This document shows, piece by piece, positions 1 to 9,183 of a stretch of 64,000 nucleotides of DNA (position 1 is its first letter; each line of letters starts with the position of its first letter). The translations under genes and the position numbers were made by a program. A model generated the notes under the pieces. That model saw nothing but the letters and a program-made list of their open reading frames with translations, ran no database searches and was not told the origin of the DNA. The stretch lies in assembly GCA_964248365.1 (NCBI GenBank), contig CAXTYC010000001.1, positions 96,001 through 160,000 on the forward strand, read 5' to 3'. Source of the stretch: an uncultured Chroococcidiopsis sp. (GTDB lineage: Bacteria; Cyanobacteriota; Cyanobacteriia; Cyanobacteriales; Chroococcidiopsidaceae).

Positions 1-310
1 AAACCACGAGTCCAACACAACTATAGTGCGATCGCTCCTCGCCCTGTCTTGCGATCGCTCTTTTTTGTAGAACTAAACCCAGCCTGAGCCTTCAGTACAA
101 AATGCACTCCCTTTTGACATATCAAACTCTACTATTGCGCTCCCTATATGGCACAATAAATAAAATCCTACGAGTGCTGCTGCCAGAATAGATACAATTT
201 AACCACTACTACCTTAAATCACCATCTCCCTTAACATAATTCTAAATCTTTTTACCAACCATAAATACTTTTTTAAAATTTGGCAACTATCCACTTACCG
301 AAGTGAAAAT

Positions 311-625
311 ATGAAAAGTAAATCCGAAGGTCTTCGCGTTGCTGCTACCGCAATCATCTGGGGTTTCGCTACGGGTATGCTGGTAATTTGTATTCCACTG
401 GTAGGTATGACTGGAACTCCAGTTCTTCCCCTAGCTGTGATTATAGGTGCTGCTGTTAGTACTGTTGTGGTTTGGCGTAGCTCTGAGCGCAAACCTCGAA
501 ATCAACCTTTTTTAACCAGTACCATGCAACAAATAGAGCAACGAGTAGGTAATTTGGAAACGATTGTTAGTAATCAAGAATTAGATCTAGATAATAAGAT
601 AAAAAGGTTAAATTCAAAGGATTAA
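311..625 (+). CDS. Small membrane protein (2 TM helices plus coiled-coil tail)
   Basis: Two hydrophobic segments followed by the heptad-like MQQIEQRVGNLETIVS. Confidence 0.7.
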   Translation: MKSKSEGLRVAATAIIWGFATGMLVICIPLVGMTGTPVLPLAVIIGAAVSTVVVWRSSERKPRNQPFLTSTMQQIEQRVGNLETIVSNQELDLDNKIKRLNSKD

Positions 626-900
626 ATAGAAACAATTATATTATCGTAATTTACGCTGTATTGACGTACACTTTTGCGTTTCTACAAACGTAATATCACA
701 TAATAAATAACTTATTTTAACATCATATCTAAAGAAATATACGTTTTATTTTACCATACTTTTTTTTAAAAAACAAATAATAAAGTTATCTGAGAATTTG
801 TAGTAAAACTACTTAATTACTTGCGGTATAAATCTAATGATAGATGACGGTATAACTTGTTACTTTTTTAATATAAATATAGTTGTTTTTCAGTAATTGG

Positions 901-1623
901 ATGCTTACATCAACGCAGCAGGTCAAAGATATCTTCTTTTGTCCAGAAGAATCTAGTTTTTATGCATATTGCTTAGAGACATTAGTGTTAAATCAGTGTA
1001 TTGACACAGAATCAATTATTGAATTTGGCTCAGGTGATGGTAGTCCGGTTATTCAATCTCTGCTTAGAGCAAATTTTAATGGTATAGTTCATGGTTTTGA
1101 GCTTAATAAGCTAGCTTGTGCAGAGGCAAATTCAAAAATAGAAGAATATGGATTAGGAAAAAAATACCTAATTCACAATCGCTCTTTCTTTGATTCAGGG
1201 CGACCGAAGGCTAAGTATCTAGTATCAAATCCTCCCTATTTACCTGCATTAGATAATAAACTATATCAACCTCTATTGCATGGTGGAAAAGATGGAATTA
1301 CAGTTACTCAAAAACTTTTAGCCTTAGATTATGAAAATGTCTTAGTGATGGTTTCTAGTTATTCTAATCCAGAGGGTTTGATTGATTACGCTATCACAAA
1401 AGGATACCACACTTCTAATTTTCTCGTCTCGCCTTTACAGTTTGGCTATTACAGTTCTGAGCCAAAGGTGATGGATAGAATTGGGGAAATGAAAAAACAT
1501 AACATGGCTTTTTGCACGAAAAATATCTATTTGTTAGCAGGTGTTTTGTTTAGCAAGCGACATCAAGCAGCATCTGATTTATCCAATGAACTATTGCAGA
1601 TAATGACATCACTTCATGAGTGA
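901..1623 (+). CDS. Class I SAM-dependent methyltransferase with NPPY motif
   Basis: Motif I IIEFGSGDG, GFELN after beta-2, and VSNPPYLP. ATG at 901 preferred over TTG at 883. Confidence 0.85.
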   Translation: MLTSTQQVKDIFFCPEESSFYAYCLETLVLNQCIDTESIIEFGSGDGSPVIQSLLRANFNGIVHGFELNKLACAEANSKIEEYGLGKKYLIHNRSFFDSGRPKAKYLVSNPPYLPALDNKLYQPLLHGGKDGITVTQKLLALDYENVLVMVSSYSNPEGLIDYAITKGYHTSNFLVSPLQFGYYSSEPKVMDRIGEMKKHNMAFCTKNIYLLAGVLFSKRHQAASDLSNELLQIMTSLHE

Positions 1624-1676
1624 TTAAGGTAAAGGGTGAATAAACAGACGTAACAGTGCTACGCCTGTACTGGTTG

Positions 1677-1709
1677 TTCTCATTCCCAGGCTCAGCCTGG
1701 GAATGAGAA
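1677..1709. terminator. Perfect inverted repeat between convergent genes (bidirectional terminator or REP-like element)
   Basis: TTCTCATTCCCAGGCT-C-AGCCTGGGAATGAGAA. A related copy lies at 20648-20680. Confidence 0.6.
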
Positions 1710-1721
1710 TTCTACTCATTA

Positions 1722-2807
1722 CTATTTGGCTGTCTGCTCTGCAAGACGTGCCTCGCGCACGATGGCTGCACCTGCGCGATCGCCCATTAGCTTTTCTTGG
1801 TCGTATCCTAGTACTAATTCCCAAGCATCATGGGGATATCGATCTGCTAGGGGTAATGCAACATCATCCAACATCCAACGTCCGTGTCGTTCGTCTTCTC
1901 TGATGTGCAGTTCCCAATATCCCATAGCAGCTGATGATAATCCCAGCCGTTGCGCTGCTGCTAAATAATTTCTATATGCCGCAGGTCCTGCGACTTCAAA
2001 ATATGTTAATCCTCCATTGTAGCGCAAGAAATAGCGTTTACGCTCGGTCAGGAGGAAATTATGATTAGCACTAGCTAAGACTTCCCAAGGAACTAGATCA
2101 AAGTATGCCTCTGGTTCGGTGTGCATCCCAAACTCAGACAGCATTTGAGCGAAATAGGTAGAATGCTTGCGCGACAAGCGACCGTTGCCGTATTCTTCTA
2201 GCAGTACTCGAAAGAGTGTTGCCTGTACTTCGTTGGCAGCACCACCAAGGATACTGCACATTCGGCTTCCTTCAACTAAGCCGTCGAAAGAACCGATAGC
2301 TAGCACTCGGCGGTATCCTGCTTGTGTCATCTGTTCGCGCAAATACCGACTATCCTCAGACAAAGGTGGAGCGAGATCCTTTTCGCCACGCTCAATTAAT
2401 GCTTGCTTGACTGATGTAACATCTAATTGTTGCAGCTGGGCTACGTCGAGGTGGGATAATTCCCACTCTTGCCAAGATGCTTCGATGCGATCGCGCACAC
2501 TATGTAAATATTCAGAACGCTCGTTGGTATAATGTCGTAAGTCGTCATACCAAAATAGTTTGAGGCGGTTGATGCGATAAAGTACCCGTTGCAAAAACAG
2601 GTGCGGGGCATCAGAACTGTTTTGTTCTGCGTATGCTTCTTTTATTGCCGATGCGAGCGCGATTTCAAATTGATTTGCAATTGCAGGATCTGCATTCAGT
2701 TTTTTGTCTAGATCCTCCAATTCGAGCAGTTGGATGAATTGCTGCTCGGCTTCATCGTAGTTAATTTGTGCTGTTTGCTCGGTTAAAGTAGCGATGTTGC
2801 TGGGCAT
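1722..2807 (-). CDS. Heme-oxygenase-like diiron oxidase (iron-containing redox enzyme family)
   Basis: Candidate diiron ligands LLEEYGNG...KH, YFE and ELHIREDERH; predicted all-helical. Confidence 0.85.
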   Translation of the reverse strand: MPSNIATLTEQTAQINYDEAEQQFIQLLELEDLDKKLNADPAIANQFEIALASAIKEAYAEQNSSDAPHLFLQRVLYRINRLKLFWYDDLRHYTNERSEYLHSVRDRIEASWQEWELSHLDVAQLQQLDVTSVKQALIERGEKDLAPPLSEDSRYLREQMTQAGYRRVLAIGSFDGLVEGSRMCSILGGAANEVQATLFRVLLEEYGNGRLSRKHSTYFAQMLSEFGMHTEPEAYFDLVPWEVLASANHNFLLTERKRYFLRYNGGLTYFEVAGPAAYRNYLAAAQRLGLSSAAMGYWELHIREDERHGRWMLDDVALPLADRYPHDAWELVLGYDQEKLMGDRAGAAIVREARLAEQTAK

Positions 2808-3025
2808 CTATATCTTGTTCATACTAGTATAACTCAATACTATTTTCGATGATCGCCACATTTGGTTACATCTACCAAAGTGGTAGTTTATAATTCTGTA
2901 AACAGAAAGATGTCTCCTTGTGCGATCGCACTGTGCAACTGCGGCTAGGCTGATCCAAACAAAAGATCAAGGGTGTTGCATACTATTGTGATGATCGTGT
3001 CACGCAAAGACGCAAAGGCGCAAAG

Positions 3026-3811
3026 GTGAGAAGAGAAGATTGCTTTTTTGTGCAACGCCAGGTAAGTTTGTTTTTTTCAGGCTGTGTCTTGGTTGTGCAA
3101 GTGTTTGTTTTCAGTATTGCTAATCCTGTTATAGCTAGTGTAAAAACTCAAACTCTATGCTACAATGCTAATTCCCAATTTCAACCAATTACAGATAAAA
3201 TTTCCTCGCAACCACGTATTGTAAAAGTGGTACAGCTATGGGTGGGAAAACCTGATCAAGGATTTCGTGCTGATGGCTTTGTACCCGAAGGTGCGATCGC
3301 CACAACTAATATAGCTTTAGATGGTTTAAACTCAAGTGTGCGTAGTCGCGCCACCAACCTCACAGCCTTAATTGCATTGGCTATGTTAGGCGAAGTTGAG
3401 CGAGCAGATTTAGCAATTTTTAATGCTGGTGCAATTCGGATTGATGGCTATATTCCACCTGGTTTAATTACCCAGAATGATATTATTCGTATTTTCCCAT
3501 TTGGTGGCAAAATATTAGCTGTAGAAATGAAGGGTAGTTTATTAGAAAGAGTGTTGGAACAAGGACGAGCTAACCGAGGCACAGGCGGTTATTTGCAAAC
3601 AGCTAATGTGAGTAAAAAACAGAATTTCACCACCTGGTTAATTGGAGGAGAACCTCTCGATCCAAGTCGTAATTATCGAGTGGCAATTAATGATTTTTTG
3701 ATGAGTGGTAAAGAGAAAGGTTTGGAATTTTTGAATTTTAATCAAAAGGGAGTGAAGTTAATTGCCCAAAGGCGTGATATTCGCTTGGCTGTGATTTCGC
3801 AGCTAAGATAA
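3026..3811 (+). CDS. 5'-nucleotidase C-terminal domain protein with signal-like N-terminus
   Basis: AIFNAGAIRID, DIIRIFPFGG, GGYLQ and YRVAINDFL motifs. No metallophosphatase domain. Start codon uncertain. Confidence 0.8.
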   Translation: MRREDCFFVQRQVSLFFSGCVLVVQVFVFSIANPVIASVKTQTLCYNANSQFQPITDKISSQPRIVKVVQLWVGKPDQGFRADGFVPEGAIATTNIALDGLNSSVRSRATNLTALIALAMLGEVERADLAIFNAGAIRIDGYIPPGLITQNDIIRIFPFGGKILAVEMKGSLLERVLEQGRANRGTGGYLQTANVSKKQNFTTWLIGGEPLDPSRNYRVAINDFLMSGKEKGLEFLNFNQKGVKLIAQRRDIRLAVISQLR

Positions 3812-3839
3812 GGTGGGCATGGGTTGCCTGCATTTACTT

Positions 3840-4208
3840 TTAAACTTTTCGCATATTATTGCTATTGGGATCAAAACCACGCGAAAACCTGGTAGTTTGG
3901 TCGTAGCAGGCTCCACTAAAATTAGCTCCATACAGCTTGGCATTGTTTAGTCTAGCTTGCCGAAGATTAGCGTCACTCAGTTTGGCTCCACACAAGTTGG
4001 CTCTAGTCAAGTTGGCTTTGACTAGGTTAGCGCCACATAAGTTGGCTCCCCATAGTTTTGCTCTAGCTAGGTTAGCACCCTCCAAGTTGGCTCCCCACAA
4101 GTTGACTCCCGCTAAGTTAACTCCAATTAGCCTAGCGTTGACTAGGTTAGCTCCCGTAAAGTCTCGTTCCCCCGCAGCATAACGCCGCTTTAGTTCCTCA
4201 GTATCCAT
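3840..4208 (-). CDS. Pentapeptide repeat protein
   Basis: RRYAAGERDF leader followed by tandem A(N/K)LxG repeats. Confidence 0.93.
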   Translation of the reverse strand: MDTEELKRRYAAGERDFTGANLVNARLIGVNLAGVNLWGANLEGANLARAKLWGANLCGANLVKANLTRANLCGAKLSDANLRQARLNNAKLYGANFSGACYDQTTRFSRGFDPNSNNMRKV

Positions 4209-4253
4209 AGTTGGTTTTTATAGTGCGATCGCAGCCTACTTTGATCTTGGCAT

Positions 4254-6485
4254 TTATAGCCAAAACTGGCGATCGCCTTCCAGCATTCCGCTGAAATTTA
4301 TTCCCTTTAGCCGTAAATAAGCAATGCTGTCAGCGCCATAGAGCGGCATTGGCAGACGAGGTGTTTGTAACGCTCCATGATGAAGTAATGTCAGTTTAAG
4401 TGTTGTTTCTAGAATATCTTCAATTGGTACTTGATATCCTTCCTCACGAACTGTCAAGCGCAAGGGACGAGCCAAACCTACTCTTTCAGAAACCTTGGTT
4501 GTCACTAAAACTGCTTCACGACATGAAAAGCGAAGCGCCAAACCTTTTTCTGGTGCTGATACAATTTTTTGATTCAGGTTATACAGTCGGGGATTATAAG
4601 ACTTGCGACACTCTACCAGAACAAACCTCGCTCCAATTGCTTTTGCCCATGCCTTTAAATTCTCCGCTTCCTTACCACGAAAAACTCCATCTCGATAAAT
4701 TAGAATAGTTTTACCTCTCAGTTGGGATTCTCCTAGCAATGTCTCTAAAAATTTTTGCGGAATTTCTTCGCCTTCAAGTGTCGAATCATCTTCCAACTGA
4801 TAGCGAATGAACTCTCCTTGTTTCCCATAAAGACGTACACTGGCACAAGCATTCCTAGTTCCAGGCAAACTTTGCTTAGCCTTTCTAGAAATATCCAAGC
4901 CAACAAAATAGTCAGCTATCTCTAACGGTTCAGCTAGAACAAAAGGCAAGTTACCCAGCTTTGCCAGCATCCCTGGAATTACTTGATTAAGAATTTGTCT
5001 ATGCTCAACACTACTCAATGTATCGGCATAAATAACTTGGCTAGCAATACCACGCCGCATTAGCTTTGAGTAGATACGATGATATAAACTGCCACCTTCT
5101 TCATTATCAGTATTGCGATCACTCTGAGGTAAAAATGTTAAAACAATATCAGTTGGAATCTCTATTGTTTCATTAATGGTTCTTTCTAACTCTGCTCTAG
5201 CATCAGCTCCTCTTAAGTTACTGATTACCACTGGCTTTTTAGTAACAACCTGACTATTAAACCCATAACTTCTCAAACGTTGTTGAACGCTATCTAAAAA
5301 AGGGTTAACAGTGAAGTCACAAATTTTCAAAGCCGCAATGCGAATCACGCTTGAGCGCTCGCGATAATGATCGTGACGGTAATAAACACCCCCACCATTT
5401 CGCTCAGATAATCCTTTAATAATTTCACCTCTCTTACCTATAAAACCTTTTCCAAAAAGTAGTGGTGTTTCATCAAGCTTGTGCGGTAATTGCCAAAATA
5501 ACGTTTTATAATCACGGCTGTTGATACTACGTTCTAACTGAAATCCATAAGTGGCTAGAGCAGTTTCAGCTTTTTGTCTATAAGAAGCTAAGAGGGCTGT
5601 TCGGTCTTTGTGGGAAATCTTGGTTGCCTTGAGTAACTTACCATAATCCACCTCGAAGCTGTCAGCAGTTTCAGCTGTAACCACAGGACGCAGTAGTACT
5701 AAGGGATAGTCACGCGATTCTCTATTTTTAAACTGTACAGTGACTAGGGGTTGGCTGTCAGGAGCAACTTTCAGTGCTTGTTTACTGATTTCACGAGTTG
5801 CCCTCTTGATTAGTCTTTCTCTGTGTTGTCCTACTGTTCCTACCCAGCGAGTGATAGTACCGTAACTATCTGTATCTATATCTCGAACATTTAAACCGTT
5901 TAAAAGCTCCTCTAAATTCTGCTTATTGGAATGATTTTGATAAAAATCTTCTAAATTACCTCGGTAAAGTACACTACTGTGAATTGTTAAAGCAAGAGCA
6001 GGCTGTAACTGTCCCTGTATTTCAATTGTTTCTGCCCAAAATTCAAGCTCGCGTCTCACATCAACCATGTTGTCAGATTCGACAGGTTTACTGGGAAGGA
6101 TTTTTGTTTTTCTTAAAACCTGGAAAGCCATCTGAGACAAAATATAAGGTGTTAATTGCCACTGACTTACTAATTCAACTGAGTAGTAGCGGTCACCAAA
6201 ATCAGTCAATTTTTCTTGAGTATTTTCGAGAGTATCCTGCCATTCTTTTTGTGTAGGCATGGAAATATTAGCCATCCCCAAGGCATAGAAATATTTATCA
6301 TGCTCCTGCCAAACAACAACCATTCCAGTTAAGTTACGACTGAGATGAAAACTCAAGCGATTGCCGTCTTCTTTACTAATTTCTGGAATTAGTCGAAAGC
6401 AGCACCAATTAGGTTGTAGAATGTTAAGCGGGAAAACTTCACTCAAAAATGTGGAAGCTTGGGAAACTGAAACAGTGCTTGTCAC
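4254..6485 (-). CDS. ago: Long prokaryotic Argonaute (PIWI domain), predicted catalytically active
   Basis: MID-like GIASQVIY...LAKLG. PIWI tetrad GLD / GEE / YRDG / YGAD (DEDD). PRLPMPLY and an aromatic C-terminus QFWL. 743 aa. The GTG start overlaps the upstream TGA (GTGA, 6482-6485). Confidence 0.95.
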   Translation of the reverse strand: MTSTVSVSQASTFLSEVFPLNILQPNWCCFRLIPEISKEDGNRLSFHLSRNLTGMVVVWQEHDKYFYALGMANISMPTQKEWQDTLENTQEKLTDFGDRYYSVELVSQWQLTPYILSQMAFQVLRKTKILPSKPVESDNMVDVRRELEFWAETIEIQGQLQPALALTIHSSVLYRGNLEDFYQNHSNKQNLEELLNGLNVRDIDTDSYGTITRWVGTVGQHRERLIKRATREISKQALKVAPDSQPLVTVQFKNRESRDYPLVLLRPVVTAETADSFEVDYGKLLKATKISHKDRTALLASYRQKAETALATYGFQLERSINSRDYKTLFWQLPHKLDETPLLFGKGFIGKRGEIIKGLSERNGGGVYYRHDHYRERSSVIRIAALKICDFTVNPFLDSVQQRLRSYGFNSQVVTKKPVVISNLRGADARAELERTINETIEIPTDIVLTFLPQSDRNTDNEEGGSLYHRIYSKLMRRGIASQVIYADTLSSVEHRQILNQVIPGMLAKLGNLPFVLAEPLEIADYFVGLDISRKAKQSLPGTRNACASVRLYGKQGEFIRYQLEDDSTLEGEEIPQKFLETLLGESQLRGKTILIYRDGVFRGKEAENLKAWAKAIGARFVLVECRKSYNPRLYNLNQKIVSAPEKGLALRFSCREAVLVTTKVSERVGLARPLRLTVREEGYQVPIEDILETTLKLTLLHHGALQTPRLPMPLYGADSIAYLRLKGINFSGMLEGDRQFWL

Positions 6486-7306
6486 GTACTAACCTCAGAA
6501 ACAGAAAATTCACAAATACGGCTAAATGGACAGAATTGACAACTGTAACCAGGATTAGGTGGAAAAATTCGTTTAAACTCTGCTGGTTTTTGTTTATAAC
6601 ATCGCAAATCTTTTTGATGCTGCCCAGAGATGCGTACTAATTCGATCTGGATAGCATTCAATTGAGCAGGTGTTGCAGTAATTCGCTCAGACCACTTACC
6701 AGTTTCTAAGTTGTAGAATGAGGCTATAGCTGGTTGCTGTGGGTAAAGATAGCTAGCTGCTAGTAGATAAACAAATCCCTGTCGCCGATCGAAGTCAGTT
6801 TTACCAGTCTTGAAGTCTAAAATATGTAGTGTGCCATCTTGTTCTTCAAAGATACAATCAATAGCAGCATATAAATTAAAGATGTAACTGCCCTGCTGAA
6901 TCAAAATTGGTTCTGGAAATCCTTCATCACCTCGGTTCAACTGTATAATGTTTTTTCCAAGAAGAATTGGATTATCGAAATAGTTTTTTAAGATTTTAAT
7001 TACTCGCTGCTGCACATTAGCTGGCTGTTCATTTAGTTGCAGAATCTGTGCAACTTGCTCCACACCATCCTTGCAGTAAAATACTTGACGGTTTTGATGA
7101 AATTCATAAATCCCTCTTTGAGCTAGATGACCAATTAACTGAGGTGTATTGTCTTGAGCCAATAATTCTGCTACTTGAGGTTCTTGTTTTCGAGCCTTAG
7201 TAAAGCCCCGCTTCATATCACAATGGCAACTTTCTTGCCCTATAGGTGGCCAAAATAATAACCAAAGATTATAACTTGCAAATGGTAGCCACATATTTGG
7301 TATCAA
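6482..7306 (-). CDS. Cas4-like PD-(D/E)XK nuclease with Fe-S cysteines (Argonaute-associated, ACE-like)
   Basis: AAIDC...HILDFKTG and Q...Y (RRQGFVY). N-terminal Cys (CHC) plus C-terminal CxxC-x5-C ([10 protein letters not shown]). Start is probably TTG 7306 or ATG 7294, not 7360. Confidence 0.88.
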   Translation of the reverse strand: MIPNMWLPFASYNLWLLFWPPIGQESCHCDMKRGFTKARKQEPQVAELLAQDNTPQLIGHLAQRGIYEFHQNRQVFYCKDGVEQVAQILQLNEQPANVQQRVIKILKNYFDNPILLGKNIIQLNRGDEGFPEPILIQQGSYIFNLYAAIDCIFEEQDGTLHILDFKTGKTDFDRRQGFVYLLAASYLYPQQPAIASFYNLETGKWSERITATPAQLNAIQIELVRISGQHQKDLRCYKQKPAEFKRIFPPNPGYSCQFCPFSRICEFSVSEVST

Positions 7307-7307
7307 T

Positions 7308-7889
7308 TTAAGCTTCAGTAATACATAGTTGGCAATCAGTTTGTTGCTGCTTCCAACCATGCTGTATTGCTACTCGCTTCAAAACTGACTTGATAGTTGT
7401 TGGAGAAGCAGAAGACATCATAATACTGGGATAAACTGCTCTACCCCATTCATGATGCTCTAGGGTACGGCAATTATTATGAACCATCGGCAACCCAAGT
7501 AAAGCTTTAACTACAGCACTATCGTCATGAGAAATTTGTCCTGAGCGCGAGAGTAGAGGATAGCCACTGCGGGAGTCGATCAAGTCTGTTAAAAATCCGC
7601 GCTCGCGCAGTTTAAACATCACTTCCAAGCCGAAGCGTTTAAACTTTTCCCGCAGTCGCTCTTTTTCCCTTTCGATATGAGGTGTAGTTTCTACTAGCTC
7701 ATATCGGGATTGCTGCAAGACAACTATAACCCACACAACAGGCAAATTCCAATCTGGTATAACTCGCTCTAAATTTTGGGCAATAAACCGACTGGGCAGA
7801 TGAATTGAAACCTGCACTGCCTGTCCTGTTTCTGTAACCAGGTAGATTGGAAAAGTTTGTGGTGACGTATATAGTTTTGAAGAGTTCAT
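7308..7889 (-). CDS. MMADHC/CblD-like protein (methylmalonic aciduria and homocystinuria type D family)
   Basis: Motifs [21 protein letters not shown] and [19 protein letters not shown] resemble the family as I recall it. Confidence 0.75.
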   Translation of the reverse strand: MNSSKLYTSPQTFPIYLVTETGQAVQVSIHLPSRFIAQNLERVIPDWNLPVVWVIVVLQQSRYELVETTPHIEREKERLREKFKRFGLEVMFKLRERGFLTDLIDSRSGYPLLSRSGQISHDDSAVVKALLGLPMVHNNCRTLEHHEWGRAVYPSIMMSSASPTTIKSVLKRVAIQHGWKQQQTDCQLCITEA

Positions 7890-7977
7890 GAAGTTTTAGA
7901 AATTCCTTATTACCTCAAATTATTTCGTACATAATATCCTGCTAATCAAGCCCTAATTAAAGTTGATTTTTTCCTCA

Positions 7978-8019
7978 TGTTGCTTGTTTAATCAACACAA
8001 TCGTTCACTTGTTAGTGAA
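7978..8019. promoter_or_regulatory. Two inverted repeats in the divergent promoter (candidate XRE operators)
   Basis: TGTTGcTTgtttAAtCAACA at 7978-7997 and TTCACTtgttAGTGAA at 8004-8019. Confidence 0.5.
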
Positions 8020-8056
8020 GTTTAGAATGATTTGTGTCCAATAAAAAAAAATATAT

Positions 8057-8419
8057 ATGGAAGCAAGTTTTGGTCAACTTATACGTCAAGCGCGTAGGAA
8101 TAAAGGTTATAGCCAACGCCAACTTGCAGATCTAGTGCATTTAGATTTCACATACTTATCCAAATTAGAAAACAATCGTGCTGAACATCCTCCTAGTGAG
8201 GAAGCAATTCGATCACTGGCACAGCATTTAGATCTGCCAAATGAGGAAGAATTGATTTACCTTGCAGGTCGTATGCCTCAACGCGACCAAGAGCTTCTCA
8301 AGCCGAACTACAAATCTATGCCAGAACTATTTCGTAGGTTGCGAGAAGATCCTGAGTTTGCTCAAGAAATCCTTCGTCGGTCAGCTACACAGCCAGAAAG
8401 TGAGGACGAGCAAAGTTGA
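8057..8419 (+). CDS. XRE-family helix-turn-helix regulator
   Basis: FGQLIRQARRNKGYSQRQLA...TYLSKLENN...LAQHL. Confidence 0.93.
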   Translation: MEASFGQLIRQARRNKGYSQRQLADLVHLDFTYLSKLENNRAEHPPSEEAIRSLAQHLDLPNEEELIYLAGRMPQRDQELLKPNYKSMPELFRRLREDPEFAQEILRRSATQPESEDEQS

Positions 8420-9117
8420 ATATCTTTAAACCTTTTCGCTATCAAAAAAAACAAGAGATTGAGCGTCTAGCTAATGACCTTTTGGCGCAGATGCAAACAA
8501 CGCCTAAGTACACTCCTACATTACCTTTAGATGCTAGTCGTGTGGCTGACTTTCTGGATTTAGCTGTTGTTTGGGACAAAATTCCCGCTGACGATGAAGG
8601 GCTGATAGCAGCTAGAATTCTGCCATTAGAACGTTTAATTGAGATAAATGAAGACATTCCTCGACTAATTAACGACGCTGAAGGATTTGCAGCATCCACA
8701 ATTGCTCACGAAATTGGACACTGGGTACTTCACATCAACCAAGACGAAGTTGATAGATTTTTAAACCGACGAGTGCAAATTACACAGTCAACTGTACAGC
8801 CATTCTTGTGCCGTAGTACCAACAACCAGAAGGTAAGCAACTCAATTGAATGGCAAGCTCAGTATTTCGCTAGTTGCTTGCTGATGCCCCAATACATCCT
8901 AGAAGAAAAACGAGTAGGACGTGATTTGACCAACTGGCGCGATCTTTATGCAATGAAAGACGAGCTTGGTGTAACAATATCTAATCTGACAAATCGGCTA
9001 AAAGATCTTGGCTGGATTCACATTCCTTCAGGTTCTAAGCAAATATATTTAGGTGAGGCTGCACCTATTCGAAATAATGAGTGTTTGGATAGCGATCGCT
9101 TTTCCACCATTTCATGA
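8416..9117 (+). CDS. ImmA/IrrE-family Zn metallopeptidase
   Basis: AHEIGHW (HExxH) and EWQAQYFASCLLMP, with a C-terminal HTH-like segment. 4-bp TTGA overlap with the XRE gene. Confidence 0.92.
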   Translation: MNIFKPFRYQKKQEIERLANDLLAQMQTTPKYTPTLPLDASRVADFLDLAVVWDKIPADDEGLIAARILPLERLIEINEDIPRLINDAEGFAASTIAHEIGHWVLHINQDEVDRFLNRRVQITQSTVQPFLCRSTNNQKVSNSIEWQAQYFASCLLMPQYILEEKRVGRDLTNWRDLYAMKDELGVTISNLTNRLKDLGWIHIPSGSKQIYLGEAAPIRNNECLDSDRFSTIS

Positions 9118-9183
9118 GCGCGATCGCCCTCTCCTCCCATACCAAAGCTAAATTAAAGCATATGCCAATATTTAGGATTACCT

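Noticed and set aside
6482..7306. Cas4-like gene as evidence of a CRISPR-Cas locus
   Set aside because: No cas1, cas2 or repeat-spacer array in the window; the gene is coupled to pAgo instead.
7307..7360. Extended N-terminus of the Cas4-like ORF (start 7360)
   Set aside because: It overlaps the upstream gene by 53 bp; TTG 7306 or ATG 7294 fits translational coupling better.
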